DNA of 53,036 nt, the filler included, from Sphacelaria rigidula (Eukaryota), in assembly GCA_964200075.2 (NCBI GenBank). It is 3 parts of 3 records of this genome, joined end to end, with 100 filler letters (N's around TTAATTAATTAA, not from the genome) between each part and the next. Parts side by side here need not be neighbours in the genome. Positions count along the whole stretch, not along the records: positions 1 to 17,615 come from CAXNAA020001027.1; positions 17,716 to 35,326 come from CAXNAA020001028.1; 1 more part is not named here. One strand, written 5' to 3'. The notes under the pieces are model-generated. The model ran no database searches and was not told the origin of the DNA. It was given only the letters and a program-made list of their open reading frames with translations. Made by a program: the position numbers and the translations under genes. Positions 10,400-22,610 of this stretch are shown in pieces (the stretch's first letter is position 1; every line of letters starts with the position of its first letter).

Positions 10400-13300
10400 C
10401 ACACAGTGTGGTTCGGCTAGACTGATCCAACGCCCGACGGTTGAGGCCAACTCCTGCAGCATCTCCTCTTCCCCGTAATTCCAACCTATAGCGTTGCGCC
10501 CGCCTTAATATCGCGACCTGTGTGGACATCGACATCATTTGCAGCATACGTTCGACGAACACCATTCCCTGGGAAGCCTCAACCTGTCCTGGTCTTTCAC
10601 CGCGCTGGCATCCGCGTGGTCGAGCTTTCCCCCGCATTTTTCAAGACGCCCAAAGCTCCCACCGTAAGAGCGGTTACTGTGAAAATCGTCTGGTGGAAGG
10701 ACACGCGGCCTCGTCGAGAAAAGCACGGACTTCTATGCACCTAGGATATTGCCGCTACCGAGCCGTCGATGGTGACGCTCCCGCACTGTAGGTATTCAGA
10801 TGACGGGGGATCGGCGTGTCTGATGCCGATCGGGGGATCCTCCTCGCAGCGCGGACCGTTCGTAGAATCTCTGACTTCCCCGCGCGAGCGATGTTCATCC
10901 CATGGCCTTGGTTGGCAGTGAATGGGTTCTTGATTGCCACAGTGGTTTTCGTAGTCGCTTCATTCGAAACGCGAGTACGTGTGCCAGCGGCTGGTGGCGG
11001 ATTAGCTGGAGCCCAGCCTAATGGCATATACGCACATGCCGTGTAGGTGACGTCCGCCGTATTGAAGGACGGGCATTTTTTCGCGGCGAGATGGTAAAGC
11101 TTCGTGGCTTCGACATCACCACACGATTGCATTCTGGGGAACACTGGCGCTTCACCTCCTGTTATGCCGCGGTATCTGGCGTTCGTCCCCGTTCTTGTTT
11201 CGCGTCCTCGAAATGGGTCCGCCGGCCCAGATAGCCTACCATTCGGCGGCAGGTCACCGAGCTCCAAGGGAAAGTTGGAATCGTTGGTCGTGTGCCCAAG
11301 GTTTCCTATATTCTGCAATCTGCCGGAATTACCACTACCACCTGACGTCGCGTCAGGTCGTCGCAGGACGTCGAGATTCGGCGTCGGTAAGAATGTGTTC
11401 GCTTTCTGTTCTCCGTAGACTAACACGACCAGCCCTGGTGACAATATTTCTGCTTGTTAGTCAGGGCTGACATCTCAATGATCAGCGAAGATCTGGAGTT
11501 GCTCGCCCCAGCGAGCACGGAGATCCCTCCCTGGCTAACATACCTCGCCCATTGCCCCAGCAGCCCTGCTGAGTTGGTCGTGAGCAGCGGCAACGTACAT
11601 TCGGACCGCCGTGAACCTGCTTTTGCTAATGACTTGAGCGACACCTAGTGCCGCCCAGGCAACAGAAAGCACTGCGCCCTCCAGCCGTTGGTGTGGTTGA
11701 AATGTGATGTGCTTGGAGGGGTAGCCAACGACGAAGAGGGCAGCTTTGTCCACAGTTGCGAGAGCTCTATGGTGTTCACTAAGACCTTTAGTCCTTCGTG
11801 TTCGACCCGCGCTCAAACCTGCTCCGAGAGTTCAGCCCCCTTCATCCGCTCGAAGAAGTAGACTTTAAAGTCTGGCCCTCGTGTCAATCAGAAGATCCGT
11901 TTGCTTGTCGAAAATTCACTTCAGAAGGCGGATCGATCGGGCCCCAAGGTCGACCCCCTTCTCTTCGATGGCTGCCGCTGTATGCTGCTGGACGAATTCA
12001 TCCGTCCCTGTCGACGTGTCAACCACCATAGCCCCTCCTCCTTTGGGAAAAACGCAAGATCCACCGACACAAGCGTTGCTATACTTCGCCTGTTAGAGAC
12101 GTGAGTTCGTCGGGGTACCGTCCTCGCTTTGGGGTTGTTGATCTATATACCTATACGGGTTAGCTTCTGAACAACGAGGGAGAGGATCGGCCCCAAGACC
12201 ATGAGTAGTTAGTCGAGGTGAGCCACCAACTCGACCCCTAGCGCCCGAGTCGAGACCCCAAAAATTACGAAAGATCGATCCAGCAGAGAGGTAGCAGAGT
12301 GCGAATATTGGACCACTTGGTGAAGTTTGTTCTGCAGGAGATCTCTTGACTTTTACCTGTATCTTTAACATAACATGGTGTCCGCCGGCGACTTCCGTCA
12401 GCCTACGACCACAGAGGATATCAACAAGATGGGGCGGCAACATTTTCCAAGACGACCATCCCCTTGTCGGAGCTGATGGCACTCATGTACTCGGGAGAAA
12501 TGAGCCGAAAACCTAATGGTGTACGTTTGCGCCCAAGCCATGCTCTCTGTCCCACGGCGTCTAACCTATACGTAAACCTCCTCTGATCGTCCTCGCAACC
12601 AAAGAGTGACGCATAGGGAATGTCCAATAGATCGAGGTATTTCTTCCCGGATGCCTTGGGGCTGTTTTCCAGGGGTAGTATTCAAAATTGTGGTCGGAGG
12701 GCAGGAGTCTATGTCATGGTGTGCCGCGAGGGATACCCAGTGACCGCGACAAACAGTCACTTGCCTTCCTTGGTGTGGAGAGGGTACTGTACGTGAGATA
12801 AGCGCACGCTATAGCTCCCAGCCTTTAACAGATCATTCTACTGCTTGATATCAACGATGAATATGCAGGGGTCGTGATCAGCGACACCCTTGCTGGCAAC
12901 GAGAAGCCTCTTGTTTGCAGTCACCGCCGGAGCTGCTGCTGATGCCGCTGCTGCTGCAGCCACCATGTCCGACGCGCCATCCTCTCAATTTTCTTCCGAA
13001 ATCTTCTTGGGCATTTCCTCTTGTGAGGGCGCAAAACTGTCTGCCAGAGAAGTTCCGCCGGGTTGGAGGTGCCACTATTCTGGCTGCAGACAGCTGTGCC
13101 ATTCCGTCGCAGTATTCCGCCGATGGTTTGGTTCTCTTCTAAACAAGCCCCCGCCAGCTAACGGAAGGGATCGTTCCTACAGAAATTCTGAGCAGTCAAG
13201 TGGAGAATGCGTAGAAAGACAGCCTGCATTAGCTCAACCAGTATGTCCGTTGCTAGTGGCCGGTGCCCGCTCGTCTTTTTGACGACGTCGTCTGCGCAGC

Positions 13301-15060
13301 GCAGGCAGGTTGTGCCAGTGTGCACTGGAGGTCGTCCTTCACATTGATGTATTTCGTGAAATACCGCTGGAAGCTGACGAACGAGACTATTCTGGTCCGA
13401 TGCGAAGGCCCTACGCGGTTAAACTTTAGAGCCGTCACCAGTGTACTGCGCCGAGAGCTTGTACCCCGCCGCGGCTGTTTGAGTCCTTCTGCATGATATC
13501 TTCCTGTACCGCCTTATGGCCATGCGTCGCCCCAAAGATTACGTAAGACCGGTCAACACAGCACACTTGGCACTGGCTGGTCATATATATATATTGTATT
13601 TATCGCACACCCGGTGTGAATGTGCGTGCACGGCAAACCCATTGCCCTAATACCATGCACCATTTCCGTCGAGCAAGAAATGTACCTTGCCCCTTGCAAG
13701 GCCAGCATCGGGAAGTCACTCCCATGTCCACTTGACACGCTACTTTCGTACGCCATCGGACGCCAAGACGTTCAGTGTCTTACGCCCGGCTGGCGATGGA
13801 CGCCGGCGGTGAGCTGATGGGTGGCCCAAGCGGTAAGTTGGTGAACAGGCGGTCAGTCGCCGGGAGGTGCAAGCGATCAGCTGGCCAGCGGTACAAGCAG
13901 CAAGCCGCAGGGAGGCGCAGGCGGTGAGCCACCGGGTGGTGCAGGCGGCGAGTCGCCGGGTTGTGTGAGCGGTGAGTCGGCGAGCGGTGTTGGTAGGATC
14001 TGTGATGAGCGCTCACCTACTTGACTAGCTCTAGGGGCAGCGCCAGGCTGCCACTGTCAGTCAATACCCCTCTCCCGGGGAGGATCCGTGTCGAGTGATC
14101 GTTCACTTGCCCAGCCCTGGGTGCAGTTCCTGACCGTTCCTGTCAGTCAACACCTCTATCGATTCGTCCGCCATGAGCGACTCTTTCTTCCCCGCGACCG
14201 GGGGGACGTCGGTGTTGGTTTCAGCCACAAGCACGCTACTTTACGTAGAATACACACATATTGCATACCAAGCAATCGTGTAAGTCATCATCGAGTCAAA
14301 AAACGCATGCTCTGACAAAGGATACCACGCATAGCAACGGAAGTGACGGCGCGGGCACGTGTCTACGATGTAGTGGATAAAGACACCCGAAACCATCATG
14401 TTCTTCACCTGACAGAACGCACTTGTTTTTGCCCAGTCTTGTTGTCGATGTAAATTGTGCCGCCCGTCGAATCAACATTTTTTATTCCTTAGCTTGAAGA
14501 GCCTAGTCGGTGAATGCTACTCAGAGGATCCGACCGCCCCCCGCCCACGCGGCACAGCAAAACTATGTGATGTCCAAAACAGGACAGGGAACGCCCACTC
14601 GCATGCCATTCAGTTTAACGACCGGCACACTGTAGACTGTGAGGTATTTTGAATGAATACCAATAATGTTTTACGAGGGCGTCATCTACAGACGCGTATG
14701 AGAGGCTTGCCGGATACTGCTCATTCAAACCATCACTCGAATTGTGACTTCACCGGCATATTATTCCCACGAGCGAGGGCTTCTATGCTTTGTCGGGACG
14801 CATTAACTTGGCTGCAGATCTTTCCCGCTCGAGACAGGAGCAACCAGGGTATATTTTCCGATGACTGGAAGAGACATTGAGAGGAACGGGACCTTGACGA
14901 AGAGGTTTTCTGTATACTCTTCTGCAAAACATGAGTACCAGGAGATATCACTCAGATACCGTTCAAGGCCACCGAAGCAGAAATGTTGGTATCCGTCCGT
15001 GCGGGGCTGGAGTACTGCTCTCGCTACCACTCTAGCAATCGGCCTCTTACCCCAGACAAG
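10400..15060 (-). pseudogene. Decayed coding-like sequence (disordered, Pro/Ser-rich) inside the predicted 10038-15337 intron
   Basis: ORFs 10755-11444, 11535-11816 and 12093-12482 share one frame and are separated by stops. 13685-14240 translates to repeated SPPAPPG-like units with stops and frameshifts and ends at a GTACAT donor. Confidence 0.45.
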
Positions 15061-15337
15061 TTGATAGAGACAGCGAATGAATTAAAGGTGTCAGGCGCAC
15101 TTCAGCGTAATTGTGCAGCAGGGAAGAGGGAAAATACAAAAGAAGGCCTTCGGGCAACGTCCACCTATTCGAACATTTCGAACGTCCGGGAAACATTACA
15201 CACGCAGGCGTACAGTGCAACATCTAGTGTCCGTTCATAATCTAGCCCAACGGTCTGCTAGTAATGTGCTTTCGTTCACATGCTACAAGGCCACACACTA
15301 CTACATCGTGGTATGCGCGCGAAGAATATATATTTAC

Positions 15338-15433
15338 CTGTAAAACGGTCCACAGCATGTGGTCTTTGACCCCCAGGGCCTTTTCATACTCGTCGGCACG
15401 TCGAAGGACCTCCAGCCTTTCCGCCGTCTCGTG
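15338..15433 (-). CDS. Internal exon of coiled-coil protein (HETAERLEVLRRADEYEKALGVKDHMLWTVLQ)
   Basis: Pyrimidine-rich tract plus CAG acceptor, GTAAAT donor, 96 bp, phase 0-0. Joins in frame to 9882-10037. Confidence 0.7.
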
Positions 15434-15676
15434 CTGCGGCAACAGCAGACAGCGAGACATACCCGCGTACCACACACACGCACGCGAGGAACGCACAATG
15501 AAGAAAGACGCATAGTGTAACTCATGCTGCACATATGATTTCAAAACAAAGAAAACAAAAACTCAGAACCATTCAGGTGCCTCTGAGATTGCCGAATGAA
15601 GATTGGGATAACGGCGGAAGAAGAAGACGCGCGTGGTTAGGAATGAGGTCTTGCGGCACATCCCTCGCTTACAAAC

Positions 15677-15747
15677 CGTTTCGACATCTTCGCGGAACCC
15701 TCTGCTCAGAGGCGCCTCCGGGAGGGTGCTCCCCCACAGGGACTCTC
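15677..15747 (-). CDS. Probable upstream exon of the same gene (ESLWGSTLPEAPLSRGFREDVET)
   Basis: TTTCAAG acceptor and GTTTGT donor, phase 1-0, compatible with the neighbouring predicted exons. Confidence 0.4.
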
Positions 15748-16103
15748 CTTGAAAGCGTTTTCAATGCATGCAAGGGGGGAGTTTACATGTCGCAAATATT
15801 ATTTGTCACCTGACGATTTCACACTCACAATTGAAGGTTGAATATCTTCAAGGACTAGAGGCATAAAACGGAGCGGACAAGGGGTGGTCTCTACCGATAC
15901 CAACACTTACCGAACACCGTGCCCAAAATCACACAGTGTACTCGAAAGAACTCGACACCGATCGACACAAGTGCTTCTGGTTGTACCAAAAGCAAGATCC
16001 CAACGGGGGGTTGTATTTATTGTACCAGCGCGCCAGTGTACGAAGACGCGTGCGCACACCCATACATGCAAGACTGAGCTGACTCTGCACGAAGATAGAG
16101 CAC

Positions 16104-16188
16104 CCCTACGCCCCTCCTCGAGTGAGTTCAACACCGCAGGAACGAAGGCCCTGCGCTGCTCCGGGGCGGAAGTTCGACTGATGGGTAG
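16104..16188 (-). CDS. Possible further upstream exon (LPISRTSAPEQRRAFVPAVLNSLEEGRR)
   Basis: CAG acceptor with a weak tract, GTGCTC donor, phase 0-1 compatible with 15677-15747. Confidence 0.3.
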
Positions 16189-16469
16189 CTGTTTCCTTTT
16201 GGTCGATTAGGTGCCCGGATGTCTTTTCCCGCATCATCTAATCGGACTCCACACGAGTACAGCCATGGCCCCAAGATGGACGTGTCGAAGGCAAGCGAAC
16301 AAAAACACTCGGGGGATGAAGTTAAGTAGGAAAGTGGGCCGAAAAAGGAAGAAAATGAAAGCTGGCCGGATATAGTATCATGCATAGGTTGATTGGTAAG
16401 GTTGTCTACCGCACATTAAATGGTCCCTTATGAAATACAGCCGTGGTCATTATCCATACGACAGACATA

Positions 16470-17243
16470 CCTAGGGCGATCTTGTCACGGAAAACAGTCA
16501 AACGAGGAATCACACGGGACGAGACGAGACGAGACGAGATGGGACGGGACGGGACGGGACGGCGGGAAGACGTTCCCGTCTCGTCGTTTTTCCAACGACG
16601 ACGTACCGGTTCAATCCTGTCCAGATGCGACGGGGAAAAAAACCCATCCCGTCCTGACGGGGAAATTTCCGCCATTTTTCATGGGAATCGCCGTCAGAAT
16701 GAACGGCACTCCCCGTCCACGGAACGTGAATCCCCATCCAATCTGAAGGGAACTTGGGTATACCTTTTGATGTGTGGGATAGGTGAACTTCTTTTCAGAG
16801 GCTGGTTGCTTCCACAAGCTATCCTTCGCTGAGATTTCATACCGGAAGGAATAACGGTCACAGTTGTCGTAAGCAGGGCTTGTGACGAGACTTCGGGACA
16901 GGAATTCCCGCCCCACCGGAATCCACGGGACGGGAAATTACCATTTCGTCGCTGTATTTCTGTGTCGATCCAAGTGCTGTTGCTGGATGCTGTATTTCAA
17001 TACCGGCCACTGTCTTTTCGTGAACTAAAGGATGGACTCGTGGTGCTTGTTTCAAGGGAGTTAAATGTATATTACCGTGAAGATGGGACGGAACAGGACA
17101 TTACGGAACAGGAAAACCGAACAGGGATGTTCCCGTGAGGACGGGACGGAACGGGAGCCATCCCGGCAGTCCCCAAAAATTCCCGTTCCGTCCCGTCACT
17201 TTTTGGCGGCGGGAAACCGTTGCCGTCGAGTCCCGTGGTCTTC
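16470..17243. repeat. Non-autonomous repeat built of GGGAC/GAGAC and CCCGT pentamer motifs
   Basis: (GAGAC)n(GGGAC)n at 16516-16562, with many ACGGGA/TCCCGT motifs in both orientations up to 17240. Confidence 0.6.
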
Positions 17244-17389
17244 GGGGGGGGGGGGGGGGGGGGGGTACCCATGCTTGCGGTGCGTACGAGCGGGAGGGGC
17301 GCGGCGAGGACGNNNNNNNNNNGGTGTGGGCGGAGGTCGGGGGGGGGGTCGTGGGCTGTGTGCGGGGGCGTGGCTTGTCTCGGGCCGGC

Positions 17390-17580
17390 GTACTCACTCG
17401 TTGCTTGCCTTAGTCGTTTGACCATCAACCACGCATCCCTTTCGAGACGGACCACCGTTCCGTTTCCCAATAGAGACCACCTCCAACGTTTAGGTGTTTA
17501 TCAAGTTTCTTCCATATACTACATACAAACCTTTTACATATCTTGTTCACGTCCTGTTTTGCCGCCTGCGGCCACCATCT
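17390..17580 (-). mobile_element. LINE 3'-end fragment, same family as 982-2105
   Basis: Matches ~995-1180 (TTGCTTGCC.TAGTCGTTTGACCAT.AACCACGC...AATAGAGACCA). Confidence 0.75.
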
Positions 17581-17615
17581 TCGTCTTCGGGGGCGGGGGG
17601 GGGAGGGGTGTACTC

Positions 17616-17715
17616 NNNNNNNNNNNNNNNNNNNNNNNNNNNNNNNNNNNNNNNNNNNNTTAATTAATTAANNNNNNNNNNNNNNNNNNNNNNNNNNNNN
17701 NNNNNNNNNNNNNNN
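17616..17715. other. Artificial scaffold linker N44-TTAATTAATTAA-N44
   Basis: Exactly 100 bp. The core has stop codons in all six frames and is identical to 35327-35426. Confidence 0.97.
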
Positions 17716-17768
17716 GTGCAAGTGCCACGAGTGACACTCGTGCTCGTCCGACGTATGAAGAATTACTT

Positions 17769-17945
17769 GACATGGGGTTTAATCAACGAGAAAATGTTGG
17801 CCCGGACTTTTGAGCAAATGGGCACCTTCCCCTTGATTAGACGATTAACCCTACATGGGGATCACGGCCCAACTCGTCCGTGTCGATGAGATTTTGCCTT
17901 GATAGCTTAAATCCGTTTCTACTGTAGACTGGCCCAGCTCGTCGG
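17769..17945. repeat. Interspersed repeat, second copy at ~27379-27545
   Basis: Shared GGGGTTT.ATCAACGAGAAA...CCTTGATTAGACGAT...GGATCACGGCCCAACTCGTC.GTGTCGATGAGAT...AGCTTAAATCCGTTT. Confidence 0.75.
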
Positions 17946-18082
17946 TATCATCGAAATATGGGATTCGGACAGCGCTTGATCGTCATGTTCCACCATGAAT
18001 ACATTCAGAACAATTTTCTCTCACGCCCTTCGCACTCTCTCTGCTTCCTGTCTAACGATCGCCTCCGATACGCGGCTTTGAG

Positions 18083-18756
18083 GCAACGGGCATGGAGAGT
18101 AGGGAGCGAGCTTCAGGTACTGCTAAGCCATCGACAGAAGCAGAAGAAGGCCCATTGCTTGCAAATGAAGAGTCGAAGGAAGGCACCAAGCCCTCGGGTG
18201 CTGCTGTAGCAGCAGGAACAATTGCGCCAAGGAGAACAAATGATACCACCAGCCAAGAGGACGAGGTGGCAACTAGGATGATGGTGGGCGATGCGGGCGG
18301 CGGGGGTGATACGCGGCGGCCAGGAGTAACGGTAAAGTCGACAACATCAACAACTACTGCGACGACAACGGCGACGAGTGAGGTAGTCCTCGCTGCGGCA
18401 GCGACGGTGATGATCGAAGATAATGGAAATGTTGACGCTAGTGATCATGAAACAGCAGAAAGAACAGAACCACCCCCGCCGGAGCAGAGCTCGGACGGGT
18501 TTGCTCGGGAAGATGAGGGCACTACCGCTGTAGCTGCTGGCAGCAACACTGATCCCGCTATGATAGGCAATAGTAGCGACTGCAAGCGCAGGGAAGTTGA
18601 ACCTGAAGCCTGGTCGAAGGGGCGGAAGGAGGGCGCAGGGGCGGAGGCGGAGGCTTTTGCAGGGGTCAATGATGGTAACGGCGGCGGCGGCGGCGGGAAT
18701 GAAAGCGGTACGAGGGCCGAAGAACCTGGGGACCATGTGCGGCTTCTCGTTGGCAG
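18083..18756 (+). CDS. Large internal exon of an unknown acidic, low-complexity (disordered) protein
   Basis: Pyrimidine-rich tract plus AG acceptor at 18081-18082, 224 open codons rich in E/T/A/G, strong CAG|GTGAGG donor at 18757. Confidence 0.7.
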
Positions 18757-19057
18757 GTGAGGGGTATTCGCGCGCACTCACGGAGTTGCACTTGTACTGC
18801 ACAAGGGTGGTGCATGGGCTTTTTAACGTCAGGACGCCCTTTGTGCTGCCAGCGTGTACTAATGGTGCCGTATATCTGTTGTTGTTAAGAACAGGATAGG
18901 ATATAGAGCCTCAAGTGACGCTTTCTGTACGGGGTTGCCCAGCCTAGAAACGGATATGCAAGCTCGCACAGCCGTATCTATCCCACCGACACGGACGAAT
19001 TGAACCATGATCTTCGTATGTTATTCATGGGAGCCCTCCCCTTCCGTCCCCGGCCAG

Positions 19058-19191
19058 ACGCCTCATTGATTCAACCCCCGACATGGAAGAAAAGATGGAA
19101 ACAGAAAGACCGACGGCAATTATTTTTACGGCACAAGGCCGCAGAAGAATTTACCAGCATACGTCATTCGCGCATCAAAAATGTTACCCCG
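19058..19191 (+). CDS. Probable next exon of the 18083 gene
   Basis: CCCTCCCCTTCCGTCCCCGGCCAG acceptor and GTGCGG donor. The phase-2 frame is open (RLIDSTPDMEEKMETERPTAIIFTAQGRRRIYQHTSFAHQKCYP). Confidence 0.4.
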
Positions 19192-19419
19192 GTGCGGTCA
19201 GATTAGTTTTGTACAATGAGGGGACGAACGGGTCAGTATGTTCAACTTTGTGCACATAGCCAAGAGTAAGAGTAGCACTCGCGTATTTGAACTCAAACAA
19301 AACAAATGAACATCGGCACACACCTGTCTATTTCCGATATACTGAGTCCCGTGCTGCACTTGAGCACATTTTTACAAGGTGTGCTCTGTAGTGTATGATT
19401 TTCTGTATAAATTTGCCCG

Positions 19420-19570
19420 GGGTATTTTGCCGCGTATTTAGCGTGCCCGACAGTTTTGTGACTTCTGTGAGACTTTCATACCGGTACTCGACAGTTCTGT
19501 CATCTCTGTAAGACCTTCATATCCTCACCCGATATATCCGTTATCTCTGTGAGACTCCCGTACGGCACAG
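19420..19570. repeat. Degenerate ~40-bp tandem repeat (CTCTGTGAGACTT-type units)
   Basis: Three units: TTCTGTGAGACTTTCATACCGGTAC, CTCTGTAAGACCTTCATATCC and CTCTGTGAGACTCCCGTACGG. Confidence 0.55.
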
Positions 19571-19903
19571 CACCCATACATGGAGATAAAATTTTGTAGT
19601 GAAATGTGAAATTCATCCAATCAGAGGCTCTCCAGTGAGGAATCGGCGGAATCTAGCGCCAATAAAATGCGATCTTCGTAGTGAATTATGTAGTGAAAAG
19701 TGCTTGTGATTGGCTCGCAGGCTCGAGTCAAGTCACACGTGTAGTGTACGCCGAGATGGATAGAACAGCAGCAGGGGAACAGAACTGCACGCAGACAAGC
19801 AGACAGCAAGTGGAATATTGCCGTCGCAGTGGGTCATTGCGACGCTTGTGTATCAGTATATCACCATCTTGGTACTCGTATGGCTGGTTGTGTCTTCTCG
19901 TAG

Positions 19904-20121
19904 CCGCGAGCGCTGGGGCCGATGCCACCGGCAGCAGCCGTCATGCTGACGGGTGCAAGCAGTACCCTGGCGGTGCACTATATCCGCACCACTGTGCTGT
20001 GCGTTGCTCCTTTCATTGCAGCATGGGGTCTGGCCCAGCCGGTCGAGCGGTGTATGCTGGTGCTGGTTGTGTGCCTTTACCCAGCCATGTTCGGTGTCGC
20101 GCGAGTGATGGGTCCGGGTAA
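19904..20121 (+). CDS. Possible further/terminal exon of the 18083 gene
   Basis: TGTCTTCTCGTAG acceptor. The phase-1 frame is open to TAA at 20121; an alternative frame gives a hydrophobic peptide, so the frame is uncertain. Confidence 0.25.
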
Positions 20122-20699
20122 CATGAAGTTTTCAACAGACAGTCAAAGGTGTAGACAGCACTGCGTCCCGACTGATACTAAAGATTACAGACAGAAGAAC
20201 ACAACAATACAGCACATCAAGCAATCTCAGCGGAGACCAAACCGTCTTCGCAAGTTCCAAACACACCACAGAACAGTGATAGCTGCAGCACATGAGAGCG
20301 GACGTGAGTGTGTTTGTGCCGCAGTACAGTCAAACAAGAAATGTTTCATGTTTTAGTTCTTTGGCTGATTATAAACGGGCCCTCAGTCTGTGCAGGGTGC
20401 CGATCTTGAACGCTCGGACATGATCGCGCTTCGCGCAAATAATTTAATTTACTACAAAATTATCCCCATGTATGGGTGCTGTGCCTACGATATGATCACA
20501 ATCCCATTTGTCGTATTTTTTCTTGTCTTGATGACGTAGGCCCCTTCTTGACCGAGACAAGAAAATGAGAATGCAATACGACAATGAGACTGTTTTTGGC
20601 AGATTTTCTTCATTGTTCTTGGCCTTGGCCTTCCGATGGGTTGACGGCTGTTGCTCTATTCTCATCGCCCCCGATATCTTTCTCACAGATAACAATTCC

Positions 20700-20798
20700 A
20701 CCCCTCGGCCTCGAAGGTAGTCCATCTGGATCATGAATACTTATTCCAAGTGAAAATAAAGCCGATTCAACTGATGACCTATGCTCGCCGTCGAAGGG
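20700..20798. mobile_element. piggyBac-like MITE family P copy
   Basis: Core GGTAGTCCATCTGGATCATG...CAAGTGAAA...GCCGATTCA...GATGACCTA, ending GAAGGG-TTAA. Confidence 0.7.
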
Positions 20799-21124
20799 TT
20801 AAAACAGGTACATGTATCAAACTTGAGTTTCCTGTCATGTTTCACATTAGGTTACAGATGAAATATCAGGAACATCGAGTTTGAGATACCTCTAAAAAGG
20901 GATGAATTTTGGTGAGAACGCATGAACGATCCGGTTTGAATGCGAATGGGAGCGTAAAGTGGTTGCCACGCTTGAGCCGTCTCGGCTCATTATCACACAG
21001 AGGACCACACGCCCGGGGTGTACAAGATAAAAAGAGAGACGCGCACCGCAATATATCCCAGTGCGCCGCCCACCAAACCGTACGTACGAACGGCAGGTAG
21101 TACGGGCAGGGTTTCCCAACAGGG

Positions 21125-21370
21125 CGGCGATCACGCGCAAGGTACATCGGCATTGTCGCACGGTCGAAACGTGGAACGTCTCTCGCACGAGGAAGAGTAG
21201 CAGCAGCAGCAGCAGCATATCGACACCGGCTGATGCAGCCCGACTCCCAACCATTCACAGCTGGTGGTGCTGCAGCGTGCAGCGGCTGGTGGTGCTTCTC
21301 TTCCTCGTGCGAAAGACGCTCCGCGTTTCGACCATGCGAAAACCCCGATGCGCCTCGCGCATGATTGTCG
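21125..21370. repeat. Imperfect inverted repeat (~85-bp arms), candidate hairpin RNA
   Basis: 21125-21210 is about 80% complementary to 21285-21370 (e.g. TCGCACGAGGAAGAG / CTCTTCCTCGTGCGA). Confidence 0.85.
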
Positions 21371-21436
21371 TACTGCTGACAATGCGAACGCCCCCGACTA
21401 CCGTAGAGCAATTGCTCGGCGTAGCGGGCGCCTTAC

Positions 21437-21515
21437 CGTCGAAGTACTTGTCTACATCTACATGCGTAGGATTCTCGTGGCCCCTGCTCGCGTGTTGCGC
21501 CATGACGTTTTATAC
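21437..21515 (-). pseudogene. Probable decayed exon 2 of the MAPEG gene
   Basis: Strong GTAAGG donor but the acceptor reads CCG instead of CAG. With indels the sequence resembles the MAPEG GIxV..ARK...EYPTMYVDK segment (GGTATAAAACGTCATGGCG...GAGAATCCTACG.ATGTA...GTAGACAAG). Confidence 0.35.
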
Positions 21516-21927
21516 CGGATGGAGGTGTGGAGCTAGTAGGACGCTCAGGCAGTACTGAACAGACAGACACAACAGTGTACCGAACCTGCCTTTTGGTTGT
21601 ATAATCTATGGTTGATTTGGCACGATCAATGCGAGATTGGAGGGTAGACGACGAATGTGTATACCAGCGTCACCTCTACCGGAACAAAAGTGCTCATTTT
21701 GACGACCTTGATTGGTCAGAATGGTCGCCCCGCGCCACTCGGGCCTCGTGCACGGCTCATAATTTCCCGCGAGAAACTTCCAAATACACATGGTTGACTC
21801 CGTGAGCTTTTCCGATGCTCCGCGGAGACCCCCCCTCCCCCCTCCCCGAGCTCTGGAAACCCCGCGAGTCTCGGGACTGCCCGCCTGTACAACCGTTCCG
21901 AGGCGACGCTCGTCGTCTGAGAGTTAA

Positions 21928-22077
21928 CCCTGAGATGGCGAGAGTAGGTCATCTGTCGAATCGGCATCGACCTCACTTGAAAAAAGAAGGCATGACCCAG
22001 ATGGACTACCCTCTCGATCACCTGTAATTTTTTCAAGTGAATATTGATGCCGATTCAGCAGGTGACCTACCCTCGCT
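21928..22077. mobile_element. Two fused, oppositely oriented family P MITE copies
   Basis: TTAA-CCC start and a reverse core to ~22015, then a forward core TTCAAGTGAATATTGATGCCGATTCAGCAGGTGACCTACCCTCGC. Confidence 0.65.
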
Positions 22078-22084
22078 GCCACAC

Positions 22085-22300
22085 TGTGTGTGTGTCGTCC
22101 CATCTATTCTGGACGCCGGTCTTCACCTTTCGGTAGATGTGGGCGCACCGGCCGGGGTCACACAGGAGGAACTTCAACACATGAGCTTTTTCTGTTTCTA
22201 GTACCCCACCTTCCTTGTGCGGTGCTTGCCTTTATTTTTTTTATCGCGATAGGGGTTCAGCAGTCCCTTTCCCTCGTCGACCGTTGAGTCGAGTTTTCTA
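22085..22300 (-). mobile_element. SINE family A, 5'-truncated copy with (TG)n tail
   Basis: Similar to 6637-7090 without the MITE. Confidence 0.75.
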
Positions 22301-22399
22301 GTCGAAAACACCAGAGTCGATCATAATGGGCCTGCAGGTACAGTTCTAGGGGTATCTCAAACTCGAGATTCCCGGTATGTTTCACAGTAGTTTAGCCGC

Positions 22400-22610
22400 C
22401 GCACCCCAGTCCGACTGTCGTCACTATTAATAGGATGGAGAGAACGAGGGTTCGATTTCTGATGCGTTGGGTTTTTCCTTCGTAGTATCTGATTTCCACG
22501 TTGGAAACCGTGAGAACTTGAGTAAAATAGTTCACTGAGTTTGTAGGACGTGAGTTGACACGGTGCGAGAGTGCTGACCCAATTCGCGAGACCAAAATGC
22601 AAGGCGTGTA
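22400..22610 (+). mobile_element. Second tRNA-like-headed SINE (family B)
   Basis: B-box-like GGTTCGATTTC at ~22449. Second copy at 27698-27912 has an A-box-like TGGTGTAATGG. Confidence 0.6.

Noticed and set aside
17660-17671. TTAATTAATTAA as a biological motif
   Set aside because: It is an assembly linker embedded in N runs.
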